From contig CASERZ010000010.1 in assembly GCA_949290515.1 (NCBI GenBank), positions 22,153-86,152 of the forward strand: a stretch of DNA of 64,000 nt, written 5' to 3'. Shown here piece by piece: positions 8,311-18,239 of the stretch. The first letter of the stretch is position 1, and every line of letters begins with the position of its first letter. The notes under the pieces were generated by a model. The model was not told where the DNA came from. It was given only the letters and a program-made list of their open reading frames with translations, and made no database searches. Both the position numbers and the translations under genes were made by a program. The DNA is from an uncultured Christensenella sp. GTDB lineage: Bacteria > Bacillota > Clostridia > Christensenellales > UBA3700.

Positions 8311-11300
8311 TCAATAATACCCCAAGAATTCCCAGATAATTTCGCCGAATTGACCGATTTCTTCTTCACTGTTGCCGAATTCGAAGTTTACATCGGTAAT
8401 CAGCGGTGCAGGAACGTGGTTGTAGACACAATACCTATATTCACTTATTGTCTCATCAAACCTGTCAACCTGACCTTGCATCAAATAGTTCTTTACCGCC
8501 ATACAGCCGTTGAGAATGGTTCTGTCACCGTCCGAACCGACTATATCGCCAAATCCGTTGGGCGCATATATGTAGCCGTTCATGCTCATATTGTAACCCA
8601 TCTCGATTATAATACTGTCATTTGATATAAAGTATATACTGTCTGATCTACGATCGACTCCCGTCATTTCTTCGACAAGTCCGACCGTACAGTTTGTACC
8701 GAATTGCAGTTCGGGCACTTCAACGCCGTCTCCTCCGCTGACATATACGAACGTCATATTGCCACCTGTGAGCAATACAGTCGTATTTGCGCCAAAGGTT
8801 ACGCCTTTTTCGAATTTCAGATGCAAATTATCCTCAAACGAATTGAATTTGATAGTATATCCGCCGTAATTGAAATTAATTCTCGAGGTGAATACCATGC
8901 TCTTTTTAATTTCGATTACTTTGTTTACATTATCGACAGAAGCAACGTCTGTTCTGCCTGTAGCCGCAACATAACTCTGTATGCCCGATCTGATATCTCC
9001 GTCTGAAATATAGCTGTTGATATCGTAGTAATATACACCGAGAGGAGACGTCTCGTCAGCGGCTGCTACGGGAGCATTCCAGAATTGAGGGTTTGCCTCT
9101 TTGGTTTCCCATGTAGTAGGGAAGAAATACTGCGACCACAGATTCAAAGACTGTCCCGCCGAGAAATGGATACTCTCAGCGCCGCCGTATGTAGCAAAAT
9201 TGTTGATTTGATGTGCAAATACTGCATCAGACGCTTGCGAGATAACAGAACCGCTGTATGTTACTCCGAACGAGCTCAACCAACTGCCGAGAACGTTGGG
9301 ATTTATCGTCAAATCGTAATCGGTATCCCAGACTGACAATCCTACCGTATAAAGAGTATCGAGATAGATTGACTTTCTGTTTCCTTCAAGCGTAAATCCT
9401 CCGTACCATTCGTTACCGTCGATATACGTTCCGCCGGTACCTACGAATACGTTGTTGAAATTAAGGTGAGGCGCTTCGAGTCCGCTCCATGCATTTGTCT
9501 TGTGCTGACTTTGTTTTATTCTCAACTTGTTAGCCACCAAGTTGCCTGTAACGTCTATTGTATTATACCTCATGGCAGTTTCATTATTTTTACTGTCTTC
9601 CATCGAGGCTCCAGTCTTTAGATAGTTTATATACGCATCGTTGGTGTACTCCAAGTCTATATTTAAATATTCTTCAACGAATATGTTGCCGAAGATTTCT
9701 CTATAGACATCGTCACTTTCCCATTTTGCTACGATAATCTTTGTATTAACTTTGGAATAGAGCGTTCCTGTTACGGAAGTATTTTTAATATGAGCGCCGT
9801 ATTCGTTTGTATTGAGATAAGATGTACAAAGCGCATTGGATTCGGTGACACAGTCTTCCTTTAAACCTGCAATAACGAGATTGCCGCCGGGACAGTTGAT
9901 AGACAAACCGTTGCCGTCCTTAAAAGTAAGTGTACCGGATTTTATGACACTGTTATCGATAGAAAAATTATTTCCTCTCAAATAAACGTTGCCGTATATT
10001 GTACTGTCGAGAATAGTGAGATTGTCGCCATTGCAATAAACGTCGCCGTAAATCGTGGAGTTTGCTATATACAAATCCCCTTGCACCATGATATCTCCGA
10101 ATATGGAAACGGATTTTTTATGAACTCTGCTGCTTCCGTTCCATCTTTGGAAAACATAACCGTCTATCGCAAGGTCTTTTCTTGCATAGATATTGTTTTT
10201 GATGCCTTGATAAGCATTGTATGTATTAATTGAATCGAAGTTTTCAATTCTCGCATCTTCCCAAAGATACATGTTGCCGTTTATTCTGAACGTCGTATCT
10301 TCTGCGGGAATATTGTTGTTGACGTGGTCAAAGAATACGTCGATGCCGGCGGGATAGCCGTGTTCGAATCTGGTATCTCCGAGCGTGTTGTAATAGTCCC
10401 AATAGTCGCGTCCCATTACGGTGTCGTAATAGAATTGCCAGCTTTCTTTATCGTTTCTGTCCTTGTCCCACAAACCTATAAGCGCTCTGGATTGGACATA
10501 AAGGTCTCCGTTGATCGCCGTATAGTTTCTGGGGTATTCGATTGCTCCCGCAAGGTAATCCTGAGGCAAACTGTTGGCATAACTTCCCTGGCTTTGTCCG
10601 ACATAGTCGAATTCAGGACTTCTTATATCACCGTAATCTTTGTTTTCGCTTCTGTAATCAGAGAAAAGATAAAGCTCTACCCAATCGTTATAGAACAAAA
10701 TCTCGCTTACATTGGTATACCATTCGCCCGTAGCAGATGCCAAATTCTGACCTTCTACCGCCAAAGGTTCGTTGTCGATATCGAAGGGTTTTGTGTGTCC
10801 GGTAACAGTTTCGAGGACATCGCCATTATACACCTTTGTTTCTATACCGCTGTAAACGGTATCGCGCAAATATCTGTTATATACTCCCGCATGCGAATTG
10901 TCATTTATGATTTCATCGTTTGCATTGCGGATATACTGACCTGCAGTACCCGTATATACTCCGTAATATCCGAATTTTTCAAGGCTGGTAAGTACCGTGT
11001 TGTAAATACCGCCGTTTGTCGAAGTGCCTTCGTAGTAAATACCGTTTTCGTCATATGCGTAAATTACTGGTTGAGCAACGTACACGTCACCTAACGACTC
11101 TGCGGTAATCATACATGTCAAAGGAGAAGACCAACAGAATGCGTTGCTGAAAATCTTGGAAAGCTCTTCTGCTGCCTTCGTAGTTTTAGCAATCTTCATT
11201 CTTACGCTTTCGCTGTAACCTTTATAAGTAGCATAAGCTTCGAGACTTAATTCCGTACGACGGGTATTTGTATATCTTGCCTGTAATCTGCAAGTACCCA

Positions 11301-11703
11301 TAACGTCCTTAAAAAGTCCTGCGTCTTCAATGATAGAAGGTCCGGTGTCGCCTTCTATTATAGTGCCTGCGCCTCCGACCTCGCCGATGGTACAGTACAC
11401 CGCCGTAATATCGTCAACGCCCGAAAGTACGGATTCGGCATATTTTGCATCGAGCGTTTCGACAATGATATTCATTGCTTCTTCGTCATCGTAAATCAAA
11501 TCGTAAAGTGCGTTAACGCTGGCTTGCGCAGTATAATGCGCTTGTTGTTTGCATAGTTTTGAGAAAGAATAGTTATACGAACGCAAAGCAATTGACGTGA
11601 AAAGCGTACCCATGACTACCAACATAGCCACCGATACCATTACCACTACCAGAGACATACCACGTTTAGGGTTTCTCAACATTTTTTTAAGTCTCTTTAT
11701 CAT
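8311..11703 (-). CDS. Very large PilX-like minor pilin / putative tip adhesin (1130 aa)
   Basis: KRG|MSLVVVMVSV pilin-like N-terminus lacking Glu5 (PilX/GspK hallmark), then QQAHYTAQAS; beta-solenoid-like repeats IxGDxY/IYGNVY. Confidence 0.7.
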   Translation of the reverse strand: MIKRLKKMLRNPKRGMSLVVVMVSVAMLVVMGTLFTSIALRSYNYSFSKLCKQQAHYTAQASVNALYDLIYDDEEAMNIIVETLDAKYAESVLSGVDDITAVYCTIGEVGGAGTIIEGDTGPSIIEDAGLFKDVMGTCRLQARYTNTRRTELSLEAYATYKGYSESVRMKIAKTTKAAEELSKIFSNAFCWSSPLTCMITAESLGDVYVAQPVIYAYDENGIYYEGTSTNGGIYNTVLTSLEKFGYYGVYTGTAGQYIRNANDEIINDNSHAGVYNRYLRDTVYSGIETKVYNGDVLETVTGHTKPFDIDNEPLAVEGQNLASATGEWYTNVSEILFYNDWVELYLFSDYRSENKDYGDIRSPEFDYVGQSQGSYANSLPQDYLAGAIEYPRNYTAINGDLYVQSRALIGLWDKDRNDKESWQFYYDTVMGRDYWDYYNTLGDTRFEHGYPAGIDVFFDHVNNNIPAEDTTFRINGNMYLWEDARIENFDSINTYNAYQGIKNNIYARKDLAIDGYVFQRWNGSSRVHKKSVSIFGDIMVQGDLYIANSTIYGDVYCNGDNLTILDSTIYGNVYLRGNNFSIDNSVIKSGTLTFKDGNGLSINCPGGNLVIAGLKEDCVTESNALCTSYLNTNEYGAHIKNTSVTGTLYSKVNTKIIVAKWESDDVYREIFGNIFVEEYLNIDLEYTNDAYINYLKTGASMEDSKNNETAMRYNTIDVTGNLVANKLRIKQSQHKTNAWSGLEAPHLNFNNVFVGTGGTYIDGNEWYGGFTLEGNRKSIYLDTLYTVGLSVWDTDYDLTINPNVLGSWLSSFGVTYSGSVISQASDAVFAHQINNFATYGGAESIHFSAGQSLNLWSQYFFPTTWETKEANPQFWNAPVAAADETSPLGVYYYDINSYISDGDIRSGIQSYVAATGRTDVASVDNVNKVIEIKKSMVFTSRINFNYGGYTIKFNSFEDNLHLKFEKGVTFGANTTVLLTGGNMTFVYVSGGDGVEVPELQFGTNCTVGLVEEMTGVDRRSDSIYFISNDSIIIEMGYNMSMNGYIYAPNGFGDIVGSDGDRTILNGCMAVKNYLMQGQVDRFDETISEYRYCVYNHVPAPLITDVNFEFGNSEEEIGQFGEIIWEFLGYY

Positions 11704-11817
11704 ATTCTTCCTCCTTATCTTAATGTTCCCTCTTATAAACTTTTGACGATTTTCAAATTCAATTAAGTAAGTTCAGTATTGTCCTGCCGAAAATTCGGCA
11801 GAACAATACTATGTGAA

Positions 11818-12804
11818 TCAACCGAAAGTTACCGTAACATAAGGCACGGAGTTGTCAAGTGGAGATTTGAAATATCCCTTATTCTTGTCGCCTACCGCTC
11901 TGACAATAATATTCTGCGCGCCCGTCAAAGCATCTGCACTAAAAGTATAATTGAGAATGCCCGTGTTACTTTGAGGTTTCATTGTTGCATTAGGAATCAA
12001 AGTATAATATCTCGTACCGTCTTCACCCTGTGTAAACGAATAGAATTCATAGCTTACAGCATTTTCTACGGCACTGAACGAAATAGTCGTTCCGCCATTG
12101 TTGGTAAGATTTGTTACGTTTGCAAGCAATGCAGGAATATTTCCGGATTCAATCTCAACTTGCATCGTGTATTTCAAAGTAAAGCTTCCCTCATAGGACA
12201 ATTTTATTTGTTCTACGGGAGGAGTATCTTCATTATTGTCATCGTCGACGGATTCCGTTGTTTCCACGATATTGAAAGTAAAGCTGGTAATCTCCATGCT
12301 GGGATTTGCTTCTACGGTGTCGAGAAAATTGTTAACGACTGCTATAGCTGCGGGAGTATTGTCCACGGGGATAGCATATGCGGAAGTACAATCGACATAC
12401 AAAACGTCGTATGCTATATTCGTTTCGTCCCACACTGCACTCTGGGTGGATGTCTGAATAGGATACCAACCCTGTGACGAATATCCCGTAAAACCGCAAT
12501 CTTCAAAAAGCGTAAACATCTTTTCGTCAATATAAGTTGCCGTAACGGGTTCGTCGAGGACTTTATTGTTGTTGGCATAATAGTATTCAAGCAAATCGTT
12601 ATATTTCTTGTCGATTTTTGCCGTATTTATTGCCGCAAGCCTGTCATTGAGAGCCTGAACCTGCTCTTGTTTTGTCTTTACTTGCGCTTCGATTGCATCG
12701 AGGTCGTCATTTGCAGGCACTATGCCGTACATGTAAAATACAGCTACGAAAATTACTACCGCCAAGATGACGAGCATCAATTTATCTTTACTTGTCAGTG
12801 TCAT
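11818..12804 (-). CDS. PilO-like membrane protein with extra C-terminal beta-sandwich domain
   Basis: MTLTSKDKLMLVIL TM segment plus coiled coil, immediately after the pilN-like gene. Confidence 0.65.
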   Translation of the reverse strand: MTLTSKDKLMLVILAVVIFVAVFYMYGIVPANDDLDAIEAQVKTKQEQVQALNDRLAAINTAKIDKKYNDLLEYYYANNNKVLDEPVTATYIDEKMFTLFEDCGFTGYSSQGWYPIQTSTQSAVWDETNIAYDVLYVDCTSAYAIPVDNTPAAIAVVNNFLDTVEANPSMEITSFTFNIVETTESVDDDNNEDTPPVEQIKLSYEGSFTLKYTMQVEIESGNIPALLANVTNLTNNGGTTISFSAVENAVSYEFYSFTQGEDGTRYYTLIPNATMKPQSNTGILNYTFSADALTGAQNIIVRAVGDKNKGYFKSPLDNSVPYVTVTFG

Positions 12805-13445
12805 ACGAATGCCCCCCAGTTTACATTGAATTTCAACGTGAAGTTGATAGAATATTCTCCGTCGCCGGAATCAGGAGGCAAACCGGGATAGTTTGCTTCT
12901 ACGTTTGAGAAGTACAATAGATTCTTTTTAGATTCTTCGGTATCGAGTTCACCTGCAAGAAATCTCGTGAAATGCCATGCGTACTCGTACTCGTTGGTTC
13001 CGCAACTGAGAGTAATGCTCGATGTATCGAGAATAATTGAGCTGATCTTTAACGTATCGTTGCCTTCGAGATCGTCGTTACCCTGTACGTAATCGAAAAG
13101 AAGATTGAGGAACATAGAACTCATCTTTTCCTTTTCGGCAGCCGTCTTGTTGGGATATACGACAGAGATAACGTCGATTATTTTGTTTGAGTATTCCTGC
13201 TGAGCTTGCGCATATTGCTGCTCAAGCTGAAGAACTTCGTTTTCTTTGCCCAATTGTTTGTCGAGATCGTCAATGACGTCCTGATTCTTTGATATATTTA
13301 CCTTTGCGCTTGCAAACAGGAAAACCATTACGCCTACGAGCACGACTATACCGAAAACCATAATAGCCGTCATACTCGAAGAGCTTTTCTTTTTGGTTGA
13401 TTGATTTAAACTCTCTAAGAGATTTATGTCTCGTTTCTTTGCCAT
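12801..13445 (-). CDS. pilN: PilN-like protein
   Basis: DINLL motif (PilM-binding INLLP-like), one TM helix, coiled coil. Confidence 0.75.
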   Translation of the reverse strand: MAKKRDINLLESLNQSTKKKSSSSMTAIMVFGIVVLVGVMVFLFASAKVNISKNQDVIDDLDKQLGKENEVLQLEQQYAQAQQEYSNKIIDVISVVYPNKTAAEKEKMSSMFLNLLFDYVQGNDDLEGNDTLKISSIILDTSSITLSCGTNEYEYAWHFTRFLAGELDTEESKKNLLYFSNVEANYPGLPPDSGDGEYSINFTLKFNVNWGAFV

Positions 13446-13455
13446 ACTTCCCTCC

Positions 13456-14382
13456 TTACACCTTCAACACAGATAAATCCATAAGTCCGCCTATCGAACA
13501 GAAGAAATCGTTGTATTCTTCCAAGCCTACGCTCTCAACGTTGTCAGGCAACTCGAGCTGCAATACGTTGACCCCGTACTTCTCGGAAGTAGGCTTTCTC
13601 AAAAGTTCGAGTTTTTCTTCCCCGCCCGAAAGCACTATGTCTCTCAAATCGTTCTCGGGGAAACGCTTCTTGTAAAGGTCTATCGCGCTTCTCAAAGTAT
13701 TGAGTGCATCGTTGACAAAATACATCTTGTCGTTTTTGAACTTCATCGACTGCATGGAAATTACGCTCTTGGACATAGAGTACTTAAACTTTTTGTCAAC
13801 AATAAAGCTTATAACAATCGCACTCTCTCTTATCTCCACAAACAGATAATTTTCGGGGAGAGTATCTTGTATGTAAGCAAGATGCTTGAGCGTGCAATTC
13901 TGTCCTATATCTATAGATACGAGATTGCACATAAGCGTCTTCGCCATTTTCTGCATATCGCTCAGTATCTTGTTGTCGACATACGTAACGAATACCTTGG
14001 ACTGTTTGAGCCCGTCCACTTTGTTCTCGTCAACTATGTAATCAACGGTATTGTTGCGCGCAAGTTTGTCGTCGCTGAATATCTCGTTTTTGATAAGCGC
14101 GATGGTTTTCTGCCTGTTGAGAGTAGGTACGAGCATCTCTCTGAAAGATATATTGATATTATCTAATATAATCTTAACCTTTTTGTTTTTTACTTCTTCG
14201 CCGAGTTCTCTCAATGCGTTGATGACTACCGATTCGAGTTTTTCGTATCCCTTATCATCGGGCGAATCCAGGTAGTCGCTGGGAGTAGCTATCGAATACA
14301 AGCTGTTGATTACGACCTTCTTCTTGCTTGCCGAGCCCTCCAAGATTTTCACGGTATCACCGCTCAAATGCAAAATATACAT
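13456..14382 (-). CDS. pilM: PilM-like actin/FtsA-fold protein
   Basis: Lies between pilC and pilN; IVLSGG motif; 308 aa, cytoplasmic. Confidence 0.7.
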   Translation of the reverse strand: MYILHLSGDTVKILEGSASKKKVVINSLYSIATPSDYLDSPDDKGYEKLESVVINALRELGEEVKNKKVKIILDNINISFREMLVPTLNRQKTIALIKNEIFSDDKLARNNTVDYIVDENKVDGLKQSKVFVTYVDNKILSDMQKMAKTLMCNLVSIDIGQNCTLKHLAYIQDTLPENYLFVEIRESAIVISFIVDKKFKYSMSKSVISMQSMKFKNDKMYFVNDALNTLRSAIDLYKKRFPENDLRDIVLSGGEEKLELLRKPTSEKYGVNVLQLELPDNVESVGLEEYNDFFCSIGGLMDLSVLKV

Positions 14383-14402
14383 CTATTTTTCTCCTCCTTG
14401 TC

Positions 14403-15602
14403 TTAACCGATTGTTTCGTACAACGTAAACATAGGCATCATTACGCCCATAAGAACGAAACCTACTACTACCGCCATTACCATCATCATCGCAGGCGATA
14501 TCATTCCTATAAGTCTCTTGATTGCGTTGCCTGATTCCTCTTCGAAGTATCTGGCAGTCTGCATAAGTATCTCGTCGAGTGCGCCCGACTGCTCGCCTAC
14601 GAACGTCATCGTCATAAGCATAGGGTCAAATGCGTCTACGTGTGCAAACGCTTCGGCTATCGACGAACCCTTTCTGATTTCGACTACCGCTTCTCTTATT
14701 CTCATTTCAACATATTTGTTGGTAATGATTTCCGCACCCATGGAAATTGCATCGAGAAGAGGTATACCGGTCGCGTACAAAGTAGCAAGCGAACGTGCAA
14801 AAGTCGATGTGTAGATCATCTTTTGCAACGAACCGATTTTGGGTATCTTTATTATCATTTTACCTGTGAAAACCGCAACTTGAGGAATTCTCTTTATAAT
14901 AGGAATAATTGTAATGAGTACGAATGCAATCATAGCAACTACATACCATTGATTGATAATAAAGTCTTTGATTGCCATCAATACCTGTGTAGGCAAAGGC
15001 ATTTCCGTTCCCTCAGGCATCATCTTTGTCATCTGAGGCATTACGAACACGCTCATTACGATAACGACGAGGAAACATACTACCAGCAAAATGATAGGAT
15101 AGCTCATCGCGCCTTTAATCTGGTTTTTCTGTTTTTGCTCTTTTTCGAAATAAGTAGCAAGAGTGGTCAGCGATTCGTCGATTTTACCGTTCATTTCGCC
15201 TGACTTTACCATACTGATGTACATCGCAGGAAAAGTATTGTCCATCTTTGCCATTGACGAAGCAAGCGATTCGCCCTTTTGCAGCTGCTCGAACAAATTG
15301 GCAAGTACCGCTCTCAAACGTTTTTTCTTTTTCTCAGTACGTTCGTAGAGCATTTTCATACTCATACTGAGGTCAAGACCGGCTCGAAGCATTGAAGACA
15401 GCTGACTGCTGAAGGCAATCAAATCGCCGGTTTTCAAAGGCCTTGTACGTGCTTGTTTTGCCTGATTGACGATACTGTAATCGAAACAGCGCAATCCCTG
15501 CTCGTGCAAAAGGTCTCTGAAATTCTTGTCGTCGGCGGCGACCAAAGTACCTTTGGTAACCTTGCCATCGGCGTCGATTGCTTTGTAAGTATATTTTTGC
15601 AA
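14403..15602 (-). CDS. pilC: Type IV pilus platform protein PilC (GspF family)
   Basis: YTYKAID..G, QLSSMLRAGL, GEMNGK, AMSYP, GEQSGALDEIL; three TM segments; TTG start. Confidence 0.95.
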   Translation of the reverse strand: MQKYTYKAIDADGKVTKGTLVAADDKNFRDLLHEQGLRCFDYSIVNQAKQARTRPLKTGDLIAFSSQLSSMLRAGLDLSMSMKMLYERTEKKKKRLRAVLANLFEQLQKGESLASSMAKMDNTFPAMYISMVKSGEMNGKIDESLTTLATYFEKEQKQKNQIKGAMSYPIILLVVCFLVVIVMSVFVMPQMTKMMPEGTEMPLPTQVLMAIKDFIINQWYVVAMIAFVLITIIPIIKRIPQVAVFTGKMIIKIPKIGSLQKMIYTSTFARSLATLYATGIPLLDAISMGAEIITNKYVEMRIREAVVEIRKGSSIAEAFAHVDAFDPMLMTMTFVGEQSGALDEILMQTARYFEEESGNAIKRLIGMISPAMMMVMAVVVGFVLMGVMMPMFTLYETIG

Positions 15603-15637
15603 GTTTATCCCCCCTATTTTTTTACAATATCAAACAT

Positions 15638-15666
15638 ATTATAACACAGCAATTTTGCGATTGCAA
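15638..15666 (-). promoter_or_regulatory. SigA promoter for pilCMNO-minor pilin operon
   Basis: TTGCAA-17 nt-TATAAT with extended TG on the minus strand. Confidence 0.7.
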
Positions 15667-16452
15667 TATTAAATTTTTTTCTGCGGGTGCCGCAAATACG
15701 TCACAAAAGGGTCGCTTTGTATCGTACAGCGAGCACTAAGCAAGAAAAATTTTGCATTTAATTGACATATTTTTTATATTTTTTTAATTTATAACTGTAG
15801 ATTAGAGCGCATTTTCAGGGCTTAAAATTTTACAAATAACCCGTTTTTTACTGTGATGTTTTAATACTTTTTTAAGCATTTCTTGCCCATACGAGAATAT
15901 TTTCGTCTTTTTCTTCAGAATGTTGCCTGCACCCTAAAACCTCCGTTTTGCCTGTTGCGCCGCATTACGCGACGTTACAATCGCTAAGTATCGACAACAT
16001 ATTATCCTCTCTCTTCATCAACCGACAAAGAGTATTGTTATGCCCGCTGATGCCTTAACCGTATTCGCCGAAGTTTGTATTCTTTTGCAATAACATTCCG
16101 ATTATGTCAAAGCAAAATTTCTTATCATACTTAAACTGCTTTTCAACGCAGAATCATAAGAGTTTGTCAATGAGTTTTTCCTATGCGAAAAGCTATGTCG
16201 CCACAATAAATTTTACTGCTTTCGGCATATGAAAAATTCCTCGATTTTCCGCGTTTTTTCGATGTGCGTTTTTTCGTATTTTCGCGACTGTTTTTTGCCA
16301 TTTTCCGCACCTCGATTTTTAACTTTTTTTTACTGTTTTCGAAGGCAAATTTTTTAGCGTTTTTTGGGCGAAAAAAATATGCGATTAGCGGGCTAGAGCA
16401 CCCTTTTTTCCGTACTTTTGAGCAACCTTAATTTTTTCTTTAAAATTTACTG

Positions 16453-16481
16453 TTGACAAATCATTTAAATTGATATATGAT
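16453..16481 (+). promoter_or_regulatory. SigA promoter
   Basis: TTGACA-17 nt-TATGAT upstream of the ATG at 16530. Confidence 0.7.
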
Positions 16482-16529
16482 AGTTGTATTACCAGACCAA
16501 ATAAAAAACCAAAAAAAGGCGAAAAGATT

Positions 16530-18194
16530 ATGGAAAAAAAGAATAAAAAAAATGCATCAAATTCCTTCGTCTATACGACTAAGGACCCGGCTATTACGAG
16601 AGTAGTTTACACGCTGTTTATAGTGGTTATGTTGTTGACTCTCGCCGTTAACGTGGCTTCCATTATGTTGACTTCTTCTGCTAACCAGCACAACGGTATG
16701 TTTTTCTCGGGCGGTCAGTATTACGTAGCTTGCGACGGCAACACCGACGGCGCACCCGGCGCAGTATTCCAACAACAATCTTCCTACTCGAGCGGAGATA
16801 AAGTAGGTTATGTATATTTTGACAGCAAAGGTATCGCAAAAGTTACCGTATGCCAGATTTCTTCCGAAACCGGCGGTAAATACGAATTACTCACCACCAC
16901 AGGCGGAGAATTCAAGACCGGCGTAGAGAAAAATCAGATTCTCGGAAAATTCGTCAAAACTATACCTCAGATGACCGTTGATTTCGTAGCAAACAACAAC
17001 GGATTCATCTTCCTCAGCATAGCTTTCGTCGGACTTACGATTATTATGGGACTTCTTTACTTCCTCGTATCTCCCAGAGGTGCAAAGAAATACGAAAAGA
17101 AGGACGAAGAGAAAAAAGCAAGCTCTGCTTCCGCAACCGTTGTTACCGACAATGCTCAGTTGCTTATGAAGTACATCTCTACCGACGATAATATCGAACC
17201 TCTCGAACTCGGCGAAAACGAAGTTACCGCTAACCTCAACGTAAATTATTACAATTCGGTCAAGTTGCACAGCGGTGAGGTTTATACCGTCGTCAAGAAG
17301 TATCCCGAAGCAGTCAGAACGCTTGAAGAATACGGCGCGGCAGATATGGATATTATCAAGATGAATATGATAGGCAATACCGAATTCGAAAAGCTTATCC
17401 TCTCTCCTCACAAAGAAAAGACAATGTCTTTGCAGGATATAATTGATTTCACGAGCGCGCTTCCCGGCGTATACTGCGTAAAGAAACGCGGCGTACTCAA
17501 CTGGTCCTTCAAGTATAAATCCAAGACAGTCATTATCGTAAAACAAGACGAAGACAACGACGGCTTCAAAGTTGCTGTCAAGGTTTATCCCGACGCTGCT
17601 ACCAAACTGAATATCATATACAAGGCTCTCGAAGATTCTACCTTCCCTATCGGACCTTTCTGGTATATGTTCAACAATTTCAGAAACCTTCCCGGCAACG
17701 TTATCAAATGGTTGATAACCGAGTCTCTTAAGATTTCCAAGTGGCAACAGATTAAGGCAGACATCTTCAGAGATACTCCTACTCTCGAGAGTATGCAGAT
17801 TGACAAACTCGCTATCCGCAACGCAATTCTCTCCGGTACGAAAGAAACCAAAATGGATAAGTTTACAGTCATTACTCAGATTGCAGACAAGGACAGCGTA
17901 AAATACGACACCGTGCTTAAGACGGGCTTTGGCAAACTCGATATGAACGACTATACCAAGGAAGTAACTATGCTCGTTCCTAACACCAAGAATTTGCAAT
18001 TCAGCATTCTTACCAAGAAGACTATGGGCGATGCGCTTCTCACCTCCTTGTGTAACGAACTAGAAGATTTGTGCACTCCTCCCGCGGATTACGTAGCACC
18101 TGCCGCTTCTTCCGAACCGGAAGCTGCTCCCGCAAAACCCGTTGCAACCAAATCCGCTTCCGGTGCGAAAGTAGTAAAACGTATCAAAAAATAA
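16530..18194 (+). CDS. Hypothetical membrane protein (two TM helices; possible MmcQ/YjbR-like cytoplasmic domain)
   Basis: Long ORF with its own promoter and terminator. The segment FKYKSKT...AVKVYPD...FPIGPFWY...ITESL resembles the YjbR fold (weak). Confidence 0.6.
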   Translation: MEKKNKKNASNSFVYTTKDPAITRVVYTLFIVVMLLTLAVNVASIMLTSSANQHNGMFFSGGQYYVACDGNTDGAPGAVFQQQSSYSSGDKVGYVYFDSKGIAKVTVCQISSETGGKYELLTTTGGEFKTGVEKNQILGKFVKTIPQMTVDFVANNNGFIFLSIAFVGLTIIMGLLYFLVSPRGAKKYEKKDEEKKASSASATVVTDNAQLLMKYISTDDNIEPLELGENEVTANLNVNYYNSVKLHSGEVYTVVKKYPEAVRTLEEYGAADMDIIKMNMIGNTEFEKLILSPHKEKTMSLQDIIDFTSALPGVYCVKKRGVLNWSFKYKSKTVIIVKQDEDNDGFKVAVKVYPDAATKLNIIYKALEDSTFPIGPFWYMFNNFRNLPGNVIKWLITESLKISKWQQIKADIFRDTPTLESMQIDKLAIRNAILSGTKETKMDKFTVITQIADKDSVKYDTVLKTGFGKLDMNDYTKEVTMLVPNTKNLQFSILTKKTMGDALLTSLCNELEDLCTPPADYVAPAASSEPEAAPAKPVATKSASGAKVVKRIKK

Positions 18195-18211
18195 CACGCC
18201 TTAAGGCAAAC

Positions 18212-18239
18212 AAAAGCCCGATTGATATCGGGCTTTTTT
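18212..18239 (+). terminator. Rho-independent terminator
   Basis: AAAAGCCCGAT-tgat-ATCGGGCTTTTTT. Confidence 0.85.

Noticed and set aside
15670-16100. Possible c-di-GMP riboswitch upstream of the pilus operon (GGCAAA motif on the minus strand)
   Set aside because: The rest of the consensus (GAAA tetraloop stem, GCAAAGC) is absent, and the pilC promoter lies downstream of it.
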